64,000 nucleotides of DNA, from assembly GCF_021028975.2 (NCBI RefSeq), contig NC_059426.1, positions 71,796,001 to 71,860,000 of the forward strand. Direction: 5' to 3'. A model generated the notes under the pieces. It ran no database searches and was not told the DNA's origin. It was given only the letters and a program-made list of their open reading frames with translations. Position numbers and translations under genes: made by a program. Below are positions 63,180 to 64,000 of this stretch, piece by piece (position 1 is the first letter of the stretch; each line of letters begins with the position of its first letter). The stretch is from Sphaerodactylus townsendi. Lineage: Eukaryota.

Positions 63180-63380
63180 CCTGGATGGCCAAGGCTAGCC
63201 TGATCTTCTCAGATCTCCAATAGGAAGCAGGGTCAACCCTGGTTAATATTTGGATGGTTGACCACCAAGGAATATAAGGGTCACTATGCAGAGGCAAGCA
63301 ATGGCAAAGTACCTCTGAACATCTCTTGCACTGAAAACCCTATGGGGTTACCATTAGTCAGCTGTTATTTGTCAGCCAAA
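63180..63380 (+). mobile_element. 5S rRNA-derived SINE (relatives at about 29660-29790 + and 45990-46160 -)
   Basis: 5S-like head (gatct...aagcagggtc..cctggttaatatttggatgg..gacc) fused to a non-5S tail (gaggcaagcaatggcaaa..acctctg). Confidence 0.55.
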
Positions 63381-64000
63381 ACAACAACAAAACATAACTC
63401 CAGCAACATAGCAAACTCTCACCTTGGACAATTAAGGAAATGTGGACGTGCCCATAATATCATGCAGGAAAGAAAATGTTTGTTGCAGTCTGTTGATAAA
63501 CCATAATCAGGATTGTACCCCTAGACTTAATTTCTGTACCTCTGTCTTTAGAAGTGTGTATTTTTATCAGAGAGTCTTATTTCTAAGCCTACTGCCTATT
63601 AAAGTCAGGCATCTTGCAGCTCAATTTAGCAAAATGCTTTAGCCATATATATCTTATGGAATTTTAATCTTGGAAGCATCCTGTGAAACTCTTGGGACTG
63701 AAATGTTTGCATTTTGCAGTATCAGGAACTATTTACCATTTATTCAGCTGGACCAAATGTTCATCACAACCTCCGCACATTTTTGTACTTAACACTGTAT
63801 AATGTTTTGACATTTTAATGCTCCCTTTGATTCCTTAGGGTTACAGAGTATGGGGCTCCAGTGGGAATTTCTTCTTTCCAGCGGGACCCCACTCCTATTC
63901 CTAGGTCTGCTGCAGTACAGGAAGTCGTGTTTCAAAAACCATGACACATTTATGGCCAGGAAAGCAGCCAGATTTCATTATGCAGAACTGATTTGTTCTT

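Noticed and set aside
63180-63280. 5S rRNA gene, and tRNA genes at SINE heads such as 42819 and 13896
   Set aside because: These are diverged heads fused to SINE tails, with no intact 5S sequence or cloverleaf.

Overview
Vertebrate genomic DNA, most likely a squamate lizard and possibly a gecko; this is inferred from Sauria-type SINEs, CR1/L2, Penelope-like, SPIN and hAT MITE content. The window carries the syntenic block known from human 11q13. It contains CABP2 (- strand; the last coding exon lies left of the window), GSTP1 (+, 7 exons, start codon split by intron 1), NDUFV1 (+, 10 exons) and NUDT8 (+, 4 coding exons). I assembled all exons by hand with GT-AG borders and consistent phase. 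The most interesting signal is a caldendrin/CaBP4-type alternative first exon of CABP2 (13432-13776/13806), with a further 3'ss-plus-5'ss junction upstream at 15009. Other signals: NUDT8 in tandem with NDUFV1 and carrying an N-terminal presequence-like extension; twin near-identical inverted hAT MITEs with one-sided CpG decay; a SPIN element; a Helitron; a fold-back duplication inside an L2; and an unexplained exon-like, stop-riddled region at about 56.2-58.9 kb. I found no CRISPR array, no tRNA or rRNA gene, and no convincing wholly novel system. Comparisons to other species are from memory, not database searches.
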